Counted from the stretch's first letter, positions 40,311-52,967 are shown. The stretch: 64,000 bases of DNA from SAR324 cluster bacterium SAR324-CTD7B (GCA_002082305.1 LSNO01000093.1:1337-65336); one strand, 5' to 3'. The notes: generated by a model not told the origin, from the sequence alone. Numbers and translations are program-made.

Positions 40311-40651
40311 TATCCTAATACCTCTCCAGATTTTACACAGACTCTATTTTTAACACCAGCATCACTTGTCTGTATTTTTACACGCACGCCTCTTTCTAGA
40401 GTTGGATTGTAAAGCTGAACGTTTGAATAATGAACTGGTGCTTCAATTTTGATCAAGCCACCCTTTTGATTTGCTGCATTGGGTTTTGTATGACGCGTGA
40501 CCATATTTACACCTTCAATCAGTAAGCGTTCGCGCTTCCAATCTACAGTAATTACACGTCCGGTACGCCCCTTATCTTTTCCGGAAATAACCATCACAGT
40601 GTCTTCACGACGAATTGTGGCCCTTCTTTTTTTGCGTTGCTTAGCTTTCAT
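40310..40651 (-). CDS. rplX: 50S ribosomal protein L24
   Basis: [15 protein letters not shown] motif, EAPVHYSNV. Confidence 0.97.
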   Translation of the reverse strand: MKAKQRKKRRATIRREDTVMVISGKDKGRTGRVITVDWKRERLLIEGVNMVTRHTKPNAANQKGGLIKIEAPVHYSNVQLYNPTLERGVRVKIQTSDAGVKNRVCVKSGEVLG

Positions 40652-40662
40652 GAATCAGACTA

Positions 40663-41031
40663 CTATAATACTTCAGGTGCAAGTGACAGGATTCGCATGA
40701 ATTTTCCAGCGCGCAGCTCTCTGGCTACAGGGCCGAAAATGCGGGTACCTACCGGTTCTCTTTTTCCGTCTATTACAACAGCAGAATTTGTATCGAATTT
40801 AATATAACTGCCATCTGGTCGACGGAACTCTTTTTTGGTACGAACTACAACGGCTTTCACAACATCTCCGGATTTTACTTTGGAATGAGGTTGGCAGTCC
40901 TTGATTGATGCAACAATTATATCACCTACCCGAGCATAACGTCTCTTGGATCCTCCAAGAACCTTTATACACATCAGGCTTTTTGCTCCTGAGTTATCAG
41001 CAACTTCAAGGATACTTTGTGTTTGTATCAT
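40663..41031 (-). CDS. rplN: 50S ribosomal protein L14
   Basis: [28 protein letters not shown]. Confidence 0.98.
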   Translation of the reverse strand: MIQTQSILEVADNSGAKSLMCIKVLGGSKRRYARVGDIIVASIKDCQPHSKVKSGDVVKAVVVRTKKEFRRPDGSYIKFDTNSAVVIDGKREPVGTRIFGPVARELRAGKFMRILSLAPEVL

Positions 41032-41267
41032 TTTGACGGTTTAAATAATCGGTAGCGCTTACGTCTACTCAATGGTCTGCACTCTGCAATTTGAACCAAG
41101 TCACCTACCTTGCATTCGTTCTGCTCATCATGTGCAATATATTTTTTTGAGCGTTTGATGGTTTTCTTGTAAAGGGGGTGTTTTATTTTTCTTTCAATCT
41201 TTACAACAATGGATTTATCCATCTTGTTACTGACAACAATTCCACTCTGTAGCTTCAATGTACTCAT
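41028..41267 (-). CDS. rpsQ: 30S ribosomal protein S17
   Basis: [24 protein letters not shown]. Confidence 0.97.
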   Translation of the reverse strand: MSTLKLQSGIVVSNKMDKSIVVKIERKIKHPLYKKTIKRSKKYIAHDEQNECKVGDLVQIAECRPLSRRKRYRLFKPSK

Positions 41268-41283
41268 TTTAATTTTATTTTCG

Positions 41284-41478
41284 CTATTGTTTGGCCAGTT
41301 TTTCAGTTAACACTGTATTCAAACGAGCTATATTGCGTCGAGCTTTCTTGATCAAATTAACATCAGCCAATTGCCGGGAAACGTGCCCGCAGCGTAACCG
41401 CAGATATTCTTCTTTGAGATCGTATTTTTTGGCTTCCAATTCATTGACTGGTAATGCCCGTAATTCAGACGCATTCAT
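41284..41478 (-). CDS. rpmC: 50S ribosomal protein L29
   Basis: MNASELR...[11 protein letters not shown]. Position between rplP and rpsQ. Confidence 0.95.
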   Translation of the reverse strand: MNASELRALPVNELEAKKYDLKEEYLRLRCGHVSRQLADVNLIKKARRNIARLNTVLTEKLAKQ

Positions 41479-41891
41479 ATTACAGCTGCTCTTTTGATAA
41501 TTTTTGTATTTATTGATAATTTATAAGCAGCCAGGCGTAATGCTTCAGTTGCTACTTCTTCAGGAACTCCGTCAATTTCATAAAGCACACGTCCCGGATG
41601 CACAGAAGCTACCCAAGTGTCGACAGCTCCCTTGCCCTTCCCCATTCTTGTTTCAGCAGGTCGTTTTGTAACCGGCTTGTCAGGAAACACCCGAATCCAA
41701 GTTTTTCCACCTCGTTTTAACGTCCGTGTGATCACCCTGCGAGCAGCCTCAATCTGTCGTGTTGTCACGTAACCTCGTCCGGTTGCCTGAAGTCCGATGG
41801 AACCAAAACTAATTTTGTTTCCAGTATGTGCGTCCCCCCGCATTCTGCCGCGCATCTGCTTGCGAAATTTTGTCTTTTTTGGCATTAACAT
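41475..41891 (-). CDS. rplP: 50S ribosomal protein L16
   Basis: [27 protein letters not shown]. Confidence 0.98.
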   Translation of the reverse strand: MLMPKKTKFRKQMRGRMRGDAHTGNKISFGSIGLQATGRGYVTTRQIEAARRVITRTLKRGGKTWIRVFPDKPVTKRPAETRMGKGKGAVDTWVASVHPGRVLYEIDGVPEEVATEALRLAAYKLSINTKIIKRAAVI

Positions 41892-41903
41892 AGCTAAAAC
41901 TCC

Positions 41904-42557
41904 TTAACTGAACGACCGTCTTCCACGTGATTTACCATAATCTTCTCCGCGGTACACCCAGACTTTTACGCCGATAATACCATATGTCGTATTTGCTTCA
42001 GCAACACCATAGTCAATATCTACACGTAAAGTGTGTAAACGTACCTGTCCTTCTCGTACCCATTCTGATCTGGCTATCTCTGCTCCATTCAAACGCCCGC
42101 CTACCATTACTTTGCAGCCTGCTATATTCATTCGCATCGCAGCCTGTATGGACCGTTTGACTGCTCTTCTGTATGCAATTCGCCGTTCAAGCTGACTTGC
42201 GATATTTTCTGCAATCAACGTTGCATCAATTTCCGGTCGTTTAATTTCCTTTATATTAATGGTGACATCGTTATAATTACGCTTGCTGAGTTCCTTTTTT
42301 AAACGCTCAACCTCATCGCCCTTTCGTCCAATGATGATTCCCGGACGTGCTGAGAAAATATTTATTTTGGTTCTTTTTGCTGTGCGTTCGACTTCTATTT
42401 TTGAAATTGCGGCATGCTTCAAACGAGCCTTCACAAACTTTTGAATATCCAGATCCTGTCTCAGCTGGCTTGCATAATCTTTTTCTGCAAACCACTTTGA
42501 GTTCCATGTTCTGGAAATACCCAGTCTTAGACCTATTGGATTAGCTTTTTGACCCAC
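41904..42557 (-). CDS. rpsC: 30S ribosomal protein S3
   Basis: MGQKANPIGLRLG, GRLNGAEIAR, TTYGIIGVKVW. Confidence 0.98.
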   Translation of the reverse strand: MGQKANPIGLRLGISRTWNSKWFAEKDYASQLRQDLDIQKFVKARLKHAAISKIEVERTAKRTKINIFSARPGIIIGRKGDEVERLKKELSKRNYNDVTINIKEIKRPEIDATLIAENIASQLERRIAYRRAVKRSIQAAMRMNIAGCKVMVGGRLNGAEIARSEWVREGQVRLHTLRVDIDYGVAEANTTYGIIGVKVWVYRGEDYGKSRGRRSFS

Positions 42558-42618
42558 AGTTTACCTTGAAAAACGTGAATTCCCCTTGAAATAGAATAGG
42601 GAATTAAATTATTTAACT

Positions 42619-42951
42619 TTATTCTCCAACTTCCAGTGTAATATGGCTGGAGCGTTTTTTAATTCCAGATGCGCGGCCCATAGCTCTAGGGCGGAATCGC
42701 TTGAGCATCCGTGCCTCATCAACGTAAGCGGTAATCACACGGAAATTATCCACATCAGCTTCTGGATGGTGCTGGTCCGCATTTGCGAGTGCAGACTGCA
42801 AGACTTTCATTATCGGTTCAGCAGCTCTGTTTCGTATCGTGCTTAATTGTGCCATTGCCCGGACAACATTTTGCCCTCTAATCATATCGACAACCAGACG
42901 GGCTTTTCTTGGTGCCACTCTTACATTTCTTGCAGTTGCTTGAGCAGTCAT
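42619..42951 (-). CDS. rplV: 50S ribosomal protein L22
   Basis: [23 protein letters not shown]. Confidence 0.98.
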   Translation of the reverse strand: MTAQATARNVRVAPRKARLVVDMIRGQNVVRAMAQLSTIRNRAAEPIMKVLQSALANADQHHPEADVDNFRVITAYVDEARMLKRFRPRAMGRASGIKKRSSHITLEVGE

Positions 42952-43232
42952 TATCGCCTTACCCTCTTATCACTTTTTCCTACATGTCCCCGATATGTCC
43001 GGGTTGGTGCAAATTCACCCAATTTATAACCCACCATATCTTCTGTAATAAAAACAGGAATAAATTTGTTGCCATTATGAACAGCGATATTTGTACCAAT
43101 AAAATCCGGTAAAATTACAGAGCGTCGGGACCATGTTTTGATCAAACGTCGGTCGTTGTTTCCTTTAGCTGCAGCAACTTTTTTTTCAAGATGAGCGTCT
43201 ACGAACGGTCCTTTCTTTAGGGATCTTGGCAC
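42951..43232 (-). CDS. rpsS: 30S ribosomal protein S19
   Basis: [23 protein letters not shown]. Confidence 0.98.
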   Translation of the reverse strand: MPRSLKKGPFVDAHLEKKVAAAKGNNDRRLIKTWSRRSVILPDFIGTNIAVHNGNKFIPVFITEDMVGYKLGEFAPTRTYRGHVGKSDKRVRR

Positions 43233-43235
43233 TGT

Positions 43236-44054
43236 TTATCTCCTCTTCAATATATATTTGTCTGTATCTTTACGTTTCCTGGTCTTTGCTCCTTTTGTGG
43301 GTTTACCCCACGGAGTTACTGGATGTCGACCACCGGAAGATTTTCCTTCGCCTCCGCCATGTGGATGGTCAACTGGATTCATAACTACACCACGAACAGT
43401 AGGGCGGCGACCTAACCAGCGATTCCGACCTGCTTTACCTTTATTAATGTTCATATGCTCTGCATTACCAACTGTTCCAACAGTTGCCATGCATTCTATT
43501 CTTACTTTTCTGATTTCACCGGAGCGAAGTTTGAGTTGAGCATAATCATCACCCTTTGCCATCAATTGAATTGCTGCTCCGGCACTGCGTCCTAATTGTG
43601 CTCCTTTTCCAGGACGTAATTCAATGCAGTGAAGCATCGTTCCAACAGGAATATTTTTTAATGGAAGAGCGTTACCGGTCTTAATATCAGAATTTTCTCC
43701 AGAAAAAATAACATCTCCAACTTTTAATCCGAAAGGTGTCAGGATGTAGCGTTTCTCACCATCTGCATAATGCAGTAAACTGATTCGTGCACTTCGGTTA
43801 GGGTCATATTCAACGCTGGCTACTTTTGCTGGAATCTCTTGTTTGTTTCTGGAAAAGTCGATTATCCGATATCTGCGTTTGTGTCCACCACCGTGATGCC
43901 TGACCGTAATCCTGCCATTATTGTTTCGGCCTCCCTTCTTTTTCAAAGGGGCCAAAAGACTTTTTTCCGGCGTGGATGCAGTTATTTCTTCAAATACAAA
44001 GCCACTCATTCCCCTTCTTCCAGGAGATGTAGGTTTGTGGAATTTAATTCCCAT
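43236..44054 (-). CDS. rplB: 50S ribosomal protein L2
   Basis: [21 protein letters not shown]. Confidence 0.98.
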   Translation of the reverse strand: MGIKFHKPTSPGRRGMSGFVFEEITASTPEKSLLAPLKKKGGRNNNGRITVRHHGGGHKRRYRIIDFSRNKQEIPAKVASVEYDPNRSARISLLHYADGEKRYILTPFGLKVGDVIFSGENSDIKTGNALPLKNIPVGTMLHCIELRPGKGAQLGRSAGAAIQLMAKGDDYAQLKLRSGEIRKVRIECMATVGTVGNAEHMNINKGKAGRNRWLGRRPTVRGVVMNPVDHPHGGGEGKSSGGRHPVTPWGKPTKGAKTRKRKDTDKYILKRR

Positions 44055-44071
44055 AATTCTTAGCAGTCAGT

Positions 44072-44359
44072 TTACGCACCTTCAAAATATTCAATAGTAT
44101 CCCCTTCCTTTAGGGTTACTATTGCTTTTTTCCAGCTGGACTTAAGTCCCTGATAACGTCCAAGGCGTTTTTTCTTGCCCCGTACATTCATTGTTCTTAC
44201 TTTCAGCACTGAAACCTTAAAGGATTTTTCAATGCTTTCCTTAATTTGAATTTTATTTGCCCTTTGGTCAACTTCAAAAGCGAACTGATTAGCTTCTTCT
44301 TTTAGTGACAAAGTCTTTTCTGACATTTTTGGTGCTCTAAGCACATCAAAAATATTCAT
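44072..44359 (-). CDS. rplW: 50S ribosomal protein L23
   Basis: SEK, ANKIQIK, WKKAIVTL. Confidence 0.97.
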   Translation of the reverse strand: MNIFDVLRAPKMSEKTLSLKEEANQFAFEVDQRANKIQIKESIEKSFKVSVLKVRTMNVRGKKKRLGRYQGLKSSWKKAIVTLKEGDTIEYFEGA

Positions 44360-44982
44360 CTAGCCAACCTTTCCTTGTATGCCTCAAGAGCATCTTTGAG
44401 GAAAACCACTTTTGTGTATTTCATCATCTCATAAACATTTAGGCTTCGAAAACTCAGAACATGTACGTCTGGAAGATTTCTCGAAGCAAGTCTCAAGTTT
44501 TCAGACACCTCGTCTGCTACTATTAAAACTTTTTCTGGAAGCTCAAGCTTGGTCAGCATTGCCTTCAGGTTTTTAGTTTTATTATCAGTCAGATTGAGGC
44601 TGTCAAGCACCAAGATTCCGTCCTGTCGAACTTTCTCTGCAAACACTGAACGTGTTGCAAGACGCTTAGTTTTCTTGTTCAGTCTAAAAGAGTGGCTACG
44701 CATTTGCGGCCCGAAAATCGTGCCGCCGTGGCGACGTATGGGCGATTTTGCACTACCCGCTCGGGAACTGCCTGTACCTTTTTGTCGATATAGTTTACGG
44801 GTACTGTAAGCTACTTCTGCTCGATTTTTAGTAGAATGTGTCCCCTGTTGATTTGCAGCCAGAAACTGGCGCACAACTTCTGAAACAGCTTTTCTGTGAT
44901 ATGGTGTTTCCAGAATTGTATCGTCAATTTCTATCTTACCTGCGGCTTTGTTGCCTGCATCAACGGTTTTTAATGTTGCCAT
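44356..44982 (-). CDS. rplD: 50S ribosomal protein L4
   Basis: QGTHSTK.RAEV, RQKGTG..RAGS, GG.IFGP. ATG at 44982. Confidence 0.97.
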   Translation of the reverse strand: MATLKTVDAGNKAAGKIEIDDTILETPYHRKAVSEVVRQFLAANQQGTHSTKNRAEVAYSTRKLYRQKGTGSSRAGSAKSPIRRHGGTIFGPQMRSHSFRLNKKTKRLATRSVFAEKVRQDGILVLDSLNLTDNKTKNLKAMLTKLELPEKVLIVADEVSENLRLASRNLPDVHVLSFRSLNVYEMMKYTKVVFLKDALEAYKERLAR

Positions 44983-45003
44983 GATTATACTTCCCAATAA
45001 ACT

Positions 45004-45315
45004 TTATCCTTCTTGCTTTATGGCGATATCAACTCCAGCAGAAATATCCAGGCGCATCAAAGCATCCATTGTCTGTGGTGTTGTTTCCAAAATATACAGG
45101 AGCCGTTTGTGGGTACGAATCTCAAACTGTTCTCTCGACTTTTTGTCAACATGTGGAGAACGCAAAACAGTGTAGCTGTTCTTTCGAGTTGGAAGCGGAA
45201 TGGGGCCTACAATTTCAGCTCCAGTTCGCTTAACCGTATGAACAATTTCTCCAATTGTTTTATCGAGAAGTTTCTCGTCGTATGCCTTGAAACGTACTTT
45301 AATTTTTTGTTCCAT
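45004..45315 (-). CDS. rpsJ: 30S ribosomal protein S10
   Basis: [28 protein letters not shown] 45315 after an AGGTGG SD. Confidence 0.98.
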   Translation of the reverse strand: MEQKIKVRFKAYDEKLLDKTIGEIVHTVKRTGAEIVGPIPLPTRKNSYTVLRSPHVDKKSREQFEIRTHKRLLYILETTPQTMDALMRLDISAGVDIAIKQEG

Positions 45316-45331
45316 CAAACCACCTGGTAGC

Positions 45332-46531
45332 TTATTCAATAACTTCCGTGACGACTCCGGAGCCAATAGTCCGTCCGCCTTCCCGAATTGCAAAACGTAC
45401 TTCTTTTTCCATTGCAATGGGACATATCAACTCAATAGTCATTTCCACGTTGTCACCCGGCATTACCATCTCAATCCCGCTTGGTAAAGTAACGACACCG
45501 GTTACGTCAGTTGTACGGAAATAAAATTGTGGGCGGTAGTTTGTAAAAAACGGAGTGTGTCTTCCGCCTTCATCTTTATCTAGTACATAAACCTGGCCTT
45601 TGAACTTTGTGTGCGGTGTAATTGAGCCCGGCTTACAAATGACTTGTCCTCGTTCAATATCTTCACGCTTGATACCTCTCAACAAAATTCCAACGTTGTC
45701 TCCAGCCTGTCCCTGGTCAAGTGATTTACGGAACATTTCTACGCCGGTAACAGTGGTTGTTTGGGTCTCACGGATTCCAGTGATTTCAATGTCCTCACCG
45801 ACCTTCACTATTCCGCGTTCAATTTGTCCGGTTGCAACTGTACCGCGTCCGGAAATAGTAAACACATCTTCAACGGACATCAGGAGGTCCTTGTCAAGGT
45901 CACGTACAGGTTCAGGAATAAAACTGTCAACTGCATCCATCAGCTCTTTAATACACACAAATGCAGGGTCGCTTGAATCAGTTGCTGAACTTTCCATAAC
46001 CGCCAGAGCTGAACCTTTGATAATAGGAGTGTCATCTCCGGGGAAATCATAGTAATCAAGCAATTCACGGACTTCCATTTCCACCAGCTCAAGCAACTCT
46101 TCATCATCGACTTGATCAATTTTATTCAGAAACACCACAAGGTGCGGAACATTGACCTGGCGGGCCAACAAGATATGTTCACGGGTTTGAGGCATCGGGC
46201 CGTCAGCAGCGGATACAACAATTATCGCACCGTCCATCTGTGCTGCACCGGTGATCATGTTTTTAACATAATCGGCGTGACCCGGACAATCGACGTGTGC
46301 GTAATGCCGATTCTTAGTTTCATATTCAATATGTGATGTCGCAATGGTGATCCCACGCTCTTTTTCCTCTGGTGCACCGTCAATTTCATCAAAGCCTTTT
46401 GCTTCAGCTAAACCGTCCATTTGCAGTACTTTGGTGATTGCTGCAGTTAAAGTTGTTTTCCCGTGGTCCACGTGTCCAATTGTTCCAACATTAACATGTG
46501 GTTTTGAGCGGTCAAATTTTTCTCTTGCCAT
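45332..46531 (-). CDS. tuf: Elongation factor Tu
   Basis: [31 protein letters not shown]. Confidence 0.99.
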   Translation of the reverse strand: MAREKFDRSKPHVNVGTIGHVDHGKTTLTAAITKVLQMDGLAEAKGFDEIDGAPEEKERGITIATSHIEYETKNRHYAHVDCPGHADYVKNMITGAAQMDGAIIVVSAADGPMPQTREHILLARQVNVPHLVVFLNKIDQVDDEELLELVEMEVRELLDYYDFPGDDTPIIKGSALAVMESSATDSSDPAFVCIKELMDAVDSFIPEPVRDLDKDLLMSVEDVFTISGRGTVATGQIERGIVKVGEDIEITGIRETQTTTVTGVEMFRKSLDQGQAGDNVGILLRGIKREDIERGQVICKPGSITPHTKFKGQVYVLDKDEGGRHTPFFTNYRPQFYFRTTDVTGVVTLPSGIEMVMPGDNVEMTIELICPIAMEKEVRFAIREGGRTIGSGVVTEVIE

Positions 46532-46577
46532 CTCGTCTCCTGTTCCTTTTTCTGTTTTGACTAATTAAAATTAACGC

Positions 46578-48671
46578 TCAGCCTAAGCTGACCGGTTCTC
46601 CAATGAGAATCTTTCTTGTCGATTCAGTCACAGACGTGTAGTGACTGAAATGCATGGTAAATGATGCCCGCCCCTGAGTGAGCGAACGTAATCGGGTGGA
46701 ATAGCCGAACATTTCCGCCAACGGAGCTTCAGCCTCAACAACCTGAATTCCTCCCTGCTCTTCCATACCCCGGATACGTCCGTGGCGAGCATTCAGGTCT
46801 CCAATAACTTCACCTGTAAAAGATACAGGCGTAACGACCTCTATTTTCATTGAGGGTTCAAGTAAGGCCGGTCCTGCCTTACGTACCCCTTCCCGAAGAG
46901 CGTTTACCCCCGCAATAGTGAAGGCAACTTCGGTCGAAGATTCTTCCAGATATTCTCCTGCAACCAAGCAAACTTTCAAGTCAATTAATGAAAATCCGGC
47001 AAGGACTCCATTACTCATTGCATCTTGAATCCCTTGTTCCAGGGCCTCTGCAAACTGCGTTGGCAATTCTTCAGCCGAAAGTTTGTTTTCAAATTCAAAA
47101 CCCCCTCCTGCCTCCAGTGGTTCAAGGCTTATCCTGCAGAAAGCAAATTGGTCTTTTCCGTCAAGTTGTTGCTCAAATCGTGTTTCTGAGTCTGCAGCCT
47201 GCGTAATTGTTTCCCGGTATGCTACTCTGGGCGTTCCGGCTTTACAGTCGATCCGGAACTCCCGCTGGAGTCTGTGAACCATAACTTCCAAATGAAGTTC
47301 GCCCATTCCGGAAATTATGTTTTGTCCTGTTTCAGCATCAATCCTGCTCCGGAATGATGGGTCTTCCTGCATCAGGCGTTTCAGGGCTTCTTCAAGTTTG
47401 TCCTGATCCTGTTTTGTTTTTGGCTCAATAGCCTGATCAATTACCGGTTCCGAAAACTGAGTTCTTTCCAGAATTATCGGATGATCCTTTGGGCAGAGCG
47501 TGTCCCCCGTGATCAGTTCCATACCGATCACTGCCCCGATATCTCCTGCTTTTATCACGGAGATATCTTCACGCTTGTTTGCGTGCAGTTTTACTAGATT
47601 CCCAATCCGTTCGTGCTTACGTTTACGCGGATTAAATACTGTTTTCCCGGTTTCAAATGAACCTGAATAAACACGAACAAAAGTCATCTGACCGGCGAAA
47701 GGATCACTTGCCACTTTGAATGCAAGTGCACACAAGGGGTCTGATTCAGAAGCCTCTCGGCTAACCGGTTTTTTCGTTACCGGATGATCTCCCTGTACCG
47801 GCGGAATATCAAACGGAGACGGGAGGTAATTTACTACAGCATCAAGAAGTTGCTGCACTCCCTTGTTCTTAAAGGCACTTCCACACAAAACCGGTGTGAT
47901 TTTGCCGCTTAAAGTTGCTTTACGCAGAACTTTGACGATCTCTTCCTGTTCTACCTGTTGCTCTTCAACAATTTTTTCGAGCAAGTCATCATCAAAAAGA
48001 GAAAGATGCTCCAGCATCTGCCTGCGCCAATCCTGCGCTGATGCTCTCAATTCATCGGAGAGTTCGGCACTTTCGTATTCTTCACCAAATCCTTCATCTT
48101 TGAAACGCAGTTCCTGCATCGAAACCAGGTCGATCACTCCTGTAAATTCCTCCTCGGCGCCAATCGGTATTTGTATGGCTACCGGACTTGCAGAAAGCTG
48201 GTCTTCAATTGAAATGACAGCTTTCTCAAAATCCGCACCAACACGATCCATTTTATTGACAAATGCAATACAGGGGACGTTATAGCGTTTTGCCTGTTTC
48301 CAAACTGTTTCTGTCTGAGGCTGTACTCCTGCTACTGCGCATAGCACCATTACTGACCCATCCAGTACTCTCAAAGAGCGCTCGACCTCCGCTGTAAAAT
48401 CTACATGTCCCGGAGTGTCAATAATGTTTAAAACATATTCTTTTTTATCAGTCTCCCAGGAACAAGTAGTTGCAGCTGAGGTAATCGTGATCCCACGCTC
48501 CTGCTCCTGTTCCATCCAATCCATTGTAGCAGAGCCGTCATTGACCTCCCCGATCTTGTGAATCCGTCCCGTGTAATAAAGGATACGCTCGGTGGTTGTA
48601 GTCTTCCCTGCATCAATGTGTGCCATGATGCCAAGGTTACGCCGTTGTTTTAGAGGAACTGTTCTTGCCAC
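46578..48671 (-). CDS. fusA: Elongation factor G (str-operon copy, divergent domain IV)
   Basis: [35 protein letters not shown]. Domain IV loops are atypical. Confidence 0.95.
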   Translation of the reverse strand: MARTVPLKQRRNLGIMAHIDAGKTTTTERILYYTGRIHKIGEVNDGSATMDWMEQEQERGITITSAATTCSWETDKKEYVLNIIDTPGHVDFTAEVERSLRVLDGSVMVLCAVAGVQPQTETVWKQAKRYNVPCIAFVNKMDRVGADFEKAVISIEDQLSASPVAIQIPIGAEEEFTGVIDLVSMQELRFKDEGFGEEYESAELSDELRASAQDWRRQMLEHLSLFDDDLLEKIVEEQQVEQEEIVKVLRKATLSGKITPVLCGSAFKNKGVQQLLDAVVNYLPSPFDIPPVQGDHPVTKKPVSREASESDPLCALAFKVASDPFAGQMTFVRVYSGSFETGKTVFNPRKRKHERIGNLVKLHANKREDISVIKAGDIGAVIGMELITGDTLCPKDHPIILERTQFSEPVIDQAIEPKTKQDQDKLEEALKRLMQEDPSFRSRIDAETGQNIISGMGELHLEVMVHRLQREFRIDCKAGTPRVAYRETITQAADSETRFEQQLDGKDQFAFCRISLEPLEAGGGFEFENKLSAEELPTQFAEALEQGIQDAMSNGVLAGFSLIDLKVCLVAGEYLEESSTEVAFTIAGVNALREGVRKAGPALLEPSMKIEVVTPVSFTGEVIGDLNARHGRIRGMEEQGGIQVVEAEAPLAEMFGYSTRLRSLTQGRASFTMHFSHYTSVTESTRKILIGEPVSLG

Positions 48672-48721
48672 GTCGGTTTATTGATAGAGGCACTGATTTG
48701 TTTCAGTAAAAGCCAGTTCGT

Positions 48722-49195
48722 TTACCAACGGTAATGCGCAAAAGCCTTGTTGGCCTCAGCCATCTTATGCGTATCTTCCTTCTTTTTTACTGCGCTGCCT
48801 CTGCTGTTTGAAGCATCTGCGAACTCATCTGCCAGCTTCGCACGCATTGATAAGCCGCTGCGGGCATTTGCATTTTCAATTAGCCAGCGAATTGCCAGTG
48901 ACTGACTCCTGCTGTGTCGGACTTCCATCGGCACCTGATAAGTTGAACCGCCCACACGCCGAGATTTTACTTCTACAGACGGCATCACGTTTTCAATGGC
49001 GGCTTTAAAAATCTCCAATGATGACATTTCAGATTCACGCTCTGAAATTTTGTCCAGTGCACTATAGAAAATATTTTCTGCAATACTTTTCTTACCATGC
49101 TTCATTAACGAATTAATGAATTTACTGACTAACAGATCCTTATATTTTGGATCAGGTAAGATTACTCTTTTTGTTGCGGCTCTACGTCGTGGCAT
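48722..49195 (-). CDS. rpsG: 30S ribosomal protein S7
   Basis: [25 protein letters not shown]. Confidence 0.98.
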   Translation of the reverse strand: MPRRRAATKRVILPDPKYKDLLVSKFINSLMKHGKKSIAENIFYSALDKISERESEMSSLEIFKAAIENVMPSVEVKSRRVGGSTYQVPMEVRHSRSQSLAIRWLIENANARSGLSMRAKLADEFADASNSRGSAVKKKEDTHKMAEANKAFAHYRW

Positions 49196-49204
49196 ATAGT
49201 TTTT

Positions 49205-49576
49205 CTACTGATCCTTTTTGACGCCGTACTTGGAACGGGACTGCTTACGTTCATTTACTCCAACTGTATCAAGTTTACCGCGTACAACGTGATAACGAAC
49301 TCCGGGAAGATCTTTTATTCGTCCGCCTCGTATCAGCACAACTGAATGTTCTTGAAGATTGTGTCCTATTCCTGGAATATAACTCGTCACCTCAATACCA
49401 TTGGTCAAACGAACACGGGCAACTTTTCGTAATGCGGAGTTCGGCTTCTTGGGTGTTGAAGTGTAAACCCGCACACAGACGCCTCGGCGTTGTGGGCATG
49501 CTTCCAGTGCAGGGGTATCCTTTTTGGTTAATTTGCTTTTACGTCCCTTCCGGACCAACTGACTTAATGTCGGCAT
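49205..49576 (-). CDS. rpsL: 30S ribosomal protein S12
   Basis: [26 protein letters not shown] at 49576. Confidence 0.98.
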   Translation of the reverse strand: MPTLSQLVRKGRKSKLTKKDTPALEACPQRRGVCVRVYTSTPKKPNSALRKVARVRLTNGIEVTSYIPGIGHNLQEHSVVLIRGGRIKDLPGVRYHVVRGKLDTVGVNERKQSRSKYGVKKDQ

Positions 49577-49629
49577 ATTTTGTAAGTTCGACTTTGCTGC
49601 TTTATCCAATTATTAATAATCAATCTGCC

Positions 49630-49658
49630 AATTTAACATTGAATTAAATTTTCGTCAA
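49630..49658 (-). promoter_or_regulatory. Sigma70 promoter of the str superoperon
   Basis: Minus strand reads TTGACG-17 nt-TAAATT with an extended-10 TG. Confidence 0.7.
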
Positions 49659-49832
49659 CATCTTTTTCATTAATTCTTGAAAAAAAGACAAAAACCTTAC
49701 AAAAACCTTTTTCTTGAGTGAAAATTAGACATCCATCATACTTGTCTCCTGAGAAAAACTTTGTATTGCATCATTTGTAAACAGTCTTAGAATGGCAATA
49801 AAAAAACACTAATTTCTTTTCCATCTTGAAAA

Positions 49833-51905
49833 ATGCCTGAACATTCATTCACCAACAAGTTGATAAACGAAAAAAGCCCGTACCTATTACAGCATGCGCA
49901 CAACCCGGTAAACTGGTACCCCTGGGGCCAGGAAGCCTTTGAGAAAGCAAAAAGTGAAGACAAGCTGCTGCTGGTCAGCATCGGTTATGCAACCTGTCAC
50001 TGGTGTCACGTGATGGAGCGCGAGTCGTTTGAAGATCCAGAATTGGCTCTATATCTTAACAAGCATTTTGTACCAGTGAAAGTAGACAGAGAGGAGCGCC
50101 CTGATGTGGACAAAATCCACATGGATGCACTACACGCCCTTGGTCAGCAGGGAGGATGGCCTCTGAATATGTTTTTGACTCCGGAAGGAAAGCCTGTTAC
50201 GGGGGGCACTTATTTCCCTCCGAAACCAATGTATGGGCGAAAATCCTTCCGTGAGCTGCTGGAAAACTTAGTCTTTATTTGGGAAAATGAGCGCGAAAAA
50301 ATTTATTCCACTGCTGATGAAATTACTTCTCATTTACAGCAACAAGCTGTTCCATCTTATAACGGACTACCTGAACTGAATTGGGAGGTGGAAGAGAAGG
50401 CGGTTGCACAATTTCGGGAATCGTTTGATTCACGGCACGGTGGTTTCAATCAGCAGCTTCAAAACAAGTTTCCGCCTAGCATGGGATTGATGCTTTTGCT
50501 TCGTCACTATGACAGAACAGGTAACGCAATGTCACTGGAAATGGTGGAAAAGACTTTACAAAAAATGTTTGCCGGGGGAATTTATGATCAACTTGGCGGT
50601 GGACTGAGTCGCTACAGTACCGATTATGAGTGGCTGGTTCCGCATTTTGAGAAAATGCTTTATGATAATTCTCTGTTTATCTGGGCTTTGATAGAGACTT
50701 TTCAAGTTACCAGGAATCCACTTTATGAAACAGCGGTGCGGGATGTTCTGACTTATGTTGCACGGGATATGACTTCTCCGCAGGGAGCATTTTTTTCTGC
50801 GGAAGATGCGGATAGCGAGGGTGTTGAAGGGAAATTTTATCTCTGGTCAAAAGCAGAAGTAACGGAAATTTTAGGTGCTGAAACTGGAAAGCTGGCCTGC
50901 GCATATTGGGATATTACGGAGAAAGGAAATTTTGAGAGCAGCAACATTCCGAATCGTCCAATGTCCGATGAAGAAGTTGCAGAGCAATTCAGTATCACTA
51001 CTGAAGAGATGCAGGTTCAACTCCGGGCTGCACGGGAAAAGTTGCTTGCAGTTCGTTCACAACGTATTCGTCCTCTATTGGATGACAAAGTACTTACATC
51101 CTGGAATGCCTTGATGATTTCTGCTTTTGCTCGGGCAGCACGGGTATTTGATGATACTGATTTTGAAATGAGGGCAGTGCGTGCGGCTGACTTTATTTTC
51201 GAAAATCTACGGGACGAGTCTGGACGCTTGCTCCGGCGATGGCGTGACGGAGAGGCTCGTTATCCGGCTTATCTCTGTGATCATGCTCAACTTGCTGCTG
51301 CTTGTCTGGATCTTTACGAAACCACCTACGATCCTGAATGGTTCCGGAAAGCTGTTGAATTATCTCAGGGAATCAATCGTCTGTTCCGGAACGATGACGG
51401 TCCATATTATGATACTGGAATAGATGGTGAAACCCTGTTAACCCGTAATGCAGAAGGCTATGATGGTGTGGAACCTTCGGGAAACAGCAGTGTGACAAAT
51501 GCATTTTTGAGGCTTCGCTCTTATGGTTTGTCCCCTGAATTTTACAGCGATGCTCAACGAATTTTAAGAAGTTTTGCTCCCCATCTGAAACAGGCCGGAG
51601 TCAGCTTTTCAGCAATGCTTGGTGCCCTGCATTTCAGCCTTTCTGAACCGAAAGAGATTATCATTTCCGGAAGACGTGGTGATCCTGAGACAGAAGCTTT
51701 ACTGAAGGAAGTACGTAGTGAATTTCATCCGAATATAGTAGTGGCCTTCGTTGAAAACGGAGAGAGTCCGGAAACAGAAAAAATCATCCCGCTGGCTTCC
51801 GGAAGAGTAATGGTAAATGAACGTGCGACCGCTTATGTTTGCCAAAATCAAACCTGTCAATTGCCGGTCCATTCAATTAAAGAGTTGCGGAAACTTTTGA
51901 ACTGA
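49833..51905 (+). CDS. YyaL/DUF255 thioredoxin-domain plus alpha/alpha-barrel protein
   Basis: [45 protein letters not shown]. Confidence 0.92.
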   Translation: MPEHSFTNKLINEKSPYLLQHAHNPVNWYPWGQEAFEKAKSEDKLLLVSIGYATCHWCHVMERESFEDPELALYLNKHFVPVKVDREERPDVDKIHMDALHALGQQGGWPLNMFLTPEGKPVTGGTYFPPKPMYGRKSFRELLENLVFIWENEREKIYSTADEITSHLQQQAVPSYNGLPELNWEVEEKAVAQFRESFDSRHGGFNQQLQNKFPPSMGLMLLLRHYDRTGNAMSLEMVEKTLQKMFAGGIYDQLGGGLSRYSTDYEWLVPHFEKMLYDNSLFIWALIETFQVTRNPLYETAVRDVLTYVARDMTSPQGAFFSAEDADSEGVEGKFYLWSKAEVTEILGAETGKLACAYWDITEKGNFESSNIPNRPMSDEEVAEQFSITTEEMQVQLRAAREKLLAVRSQRIRPLLDDKVLTSWNALMISAFARAARVFDDTDFEMRAVRAADFIFENLRDESGRLLRRWRDGEARYPAYLCDHAQLAAACLDLYETTYDPEWFRKAVELSQGINRLFRNDDGPYYDTGIDGETLLTRNAEGYDGVEPSGNSSVTNAFLRLRSYGLSPEFYSDAQRILRSFAPHLKQAGVSFSAMLGALHFSLSEPKEIIISGRRGDPETEALLKEVRSEFHPNIVVAFVENGESPETEKIIPLASGRVMVNERATAYVCQNQTCQLPVHSIKELRKLLN

Positions 51906-52108
51906 GTTTTTCCTTGTAGAAAATTGAGGAGTGGTAGTCAACTTGAGCAGAAAGTTTGTTGTGTTATTAACTGGCTTTGGAAAGATTTTCGGTAAAACTG
52001 CTGGTTACTTCATCTGTTTTTTTGGTATATTTGGTATATTAGTTACAATTTAAGCTCGGCAAGTAATTCAACTTAGCTAAGATCTACTTAATAAAGAAAG
52101 GATGATTT

Positions 52109-52924
52109 GTGGCGTCGCACGTAGCTGAGGGCAGTCAAAGGGGCTATATTATACCGATAGGGGGGGCTGAAAATAAAAGGAGAAAGCCTCTTATTTTGCA
52201 AAAGTTTGCCGAACTATGCGGAGGTAAAAACGCTCGTCTGGCAATTATTCCGACTGCCTCAAAACTCAAAGAAACTGGCCAAAATTACATTGATATTTTC
52301 AGGGACATAGGGGTTGATTACTGTGTAAGTCTCCCGATTGAAGAACGCTCTGACAGCGAATGTGTAGAATATCTACAAGAACTCAATGAAGCGAGTGGGA
52401 TTTTTGTGACAGGAGGCAATCAGTTACGTTTGTCCACTATTATGGGTGGTACTCCCGTTGCGCAGGCAATTCGACGAAGAAATGCGGTTGGTGTTCACTT
52501 TGCCGGAACTTCTGCGGGCGCGGCAATAATTCCGGAACATATGATCGCAGGGGGTAAGGCAGGGCCAACTCCACGTGAAGGCGGGGTGATCTTTGCTCCC
52601 GGACTGGGATTGACAAACAAGATAGTGGTAGATCAGCACTTCCGGCAGCGAGACCGTTTAGGCCGGCTGCTTTCTGCAGTGGCTTTCAATCCGTTTGCAA
52701 CCGGAATCGGTATTGATGAAAACACTGCAGCCTTTATTGATCCGGAAGGTATGTTGGAAGTTGTAGGTTCTGGTGCAATTACCGTTGTTGATCCCAGCGA
52801 ACTGTCTCATTCTTCTATGGAATCAGAAAACAGAGGAAAGGCCATTAACCTGACCAATTTACGATTGCATCTTTTAACAAGTGGTGCAAAATACGATATC
52901 AATTCCAGGCAGGTTTTTAAATGA
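52109..52924 (+). CDS. cphB: Cyanophycinase (peptidase S51)
   Basis: IGGAE, IPTAS, TGGNQLRL, GTSAGA nucleophile, DQHF.QRDR.GRL, GIDENTA. Adjacent to cphA. Confidence 0.93.
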   Translation: MASHVAEGSQRGYIIPIGGAENKRRKPLILQKFAELCGGKNARLAIIPTASKLKETGQNYIDIFRDIGVDYCVSLPIEERSDSECVEYLQELNEASGIFVTGGNQLRLSTIMGGTPVAQAIRRRNAVGVHFAGTSAGAAIIPEHMIAGGKAGPTPREGGVIFAPGLGLTNKIVVDQHFRQRDRLGRLLSAVAFNPFATGIGIDENTAAFIDPEGMLEVVGSGAITVVDPSELSHSSMESENRGKAINLTNLRLHLLTSGAKYDINSRQVFK

Positions 52925-52967
52925 TGAATTTCTTCCAAATATTTTCTTTAGATTCAAGTGAAGTTTT

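Noticed and set aside
42578-42605. AATTCCC/GGGAATT hairpin in the rplV-rpsC spacer
   Set aside because: Short stem with a 14-nt loop inside an operon. No evidence of function from a single sequence.
52022-52039. TTGGTATAT tandem direct repeat upstream of cphB as a regulator site
   Set aside because: Only two AT-rich 9-mers, with no match to a nitrogen-regulator or sigma54 motif I can support.
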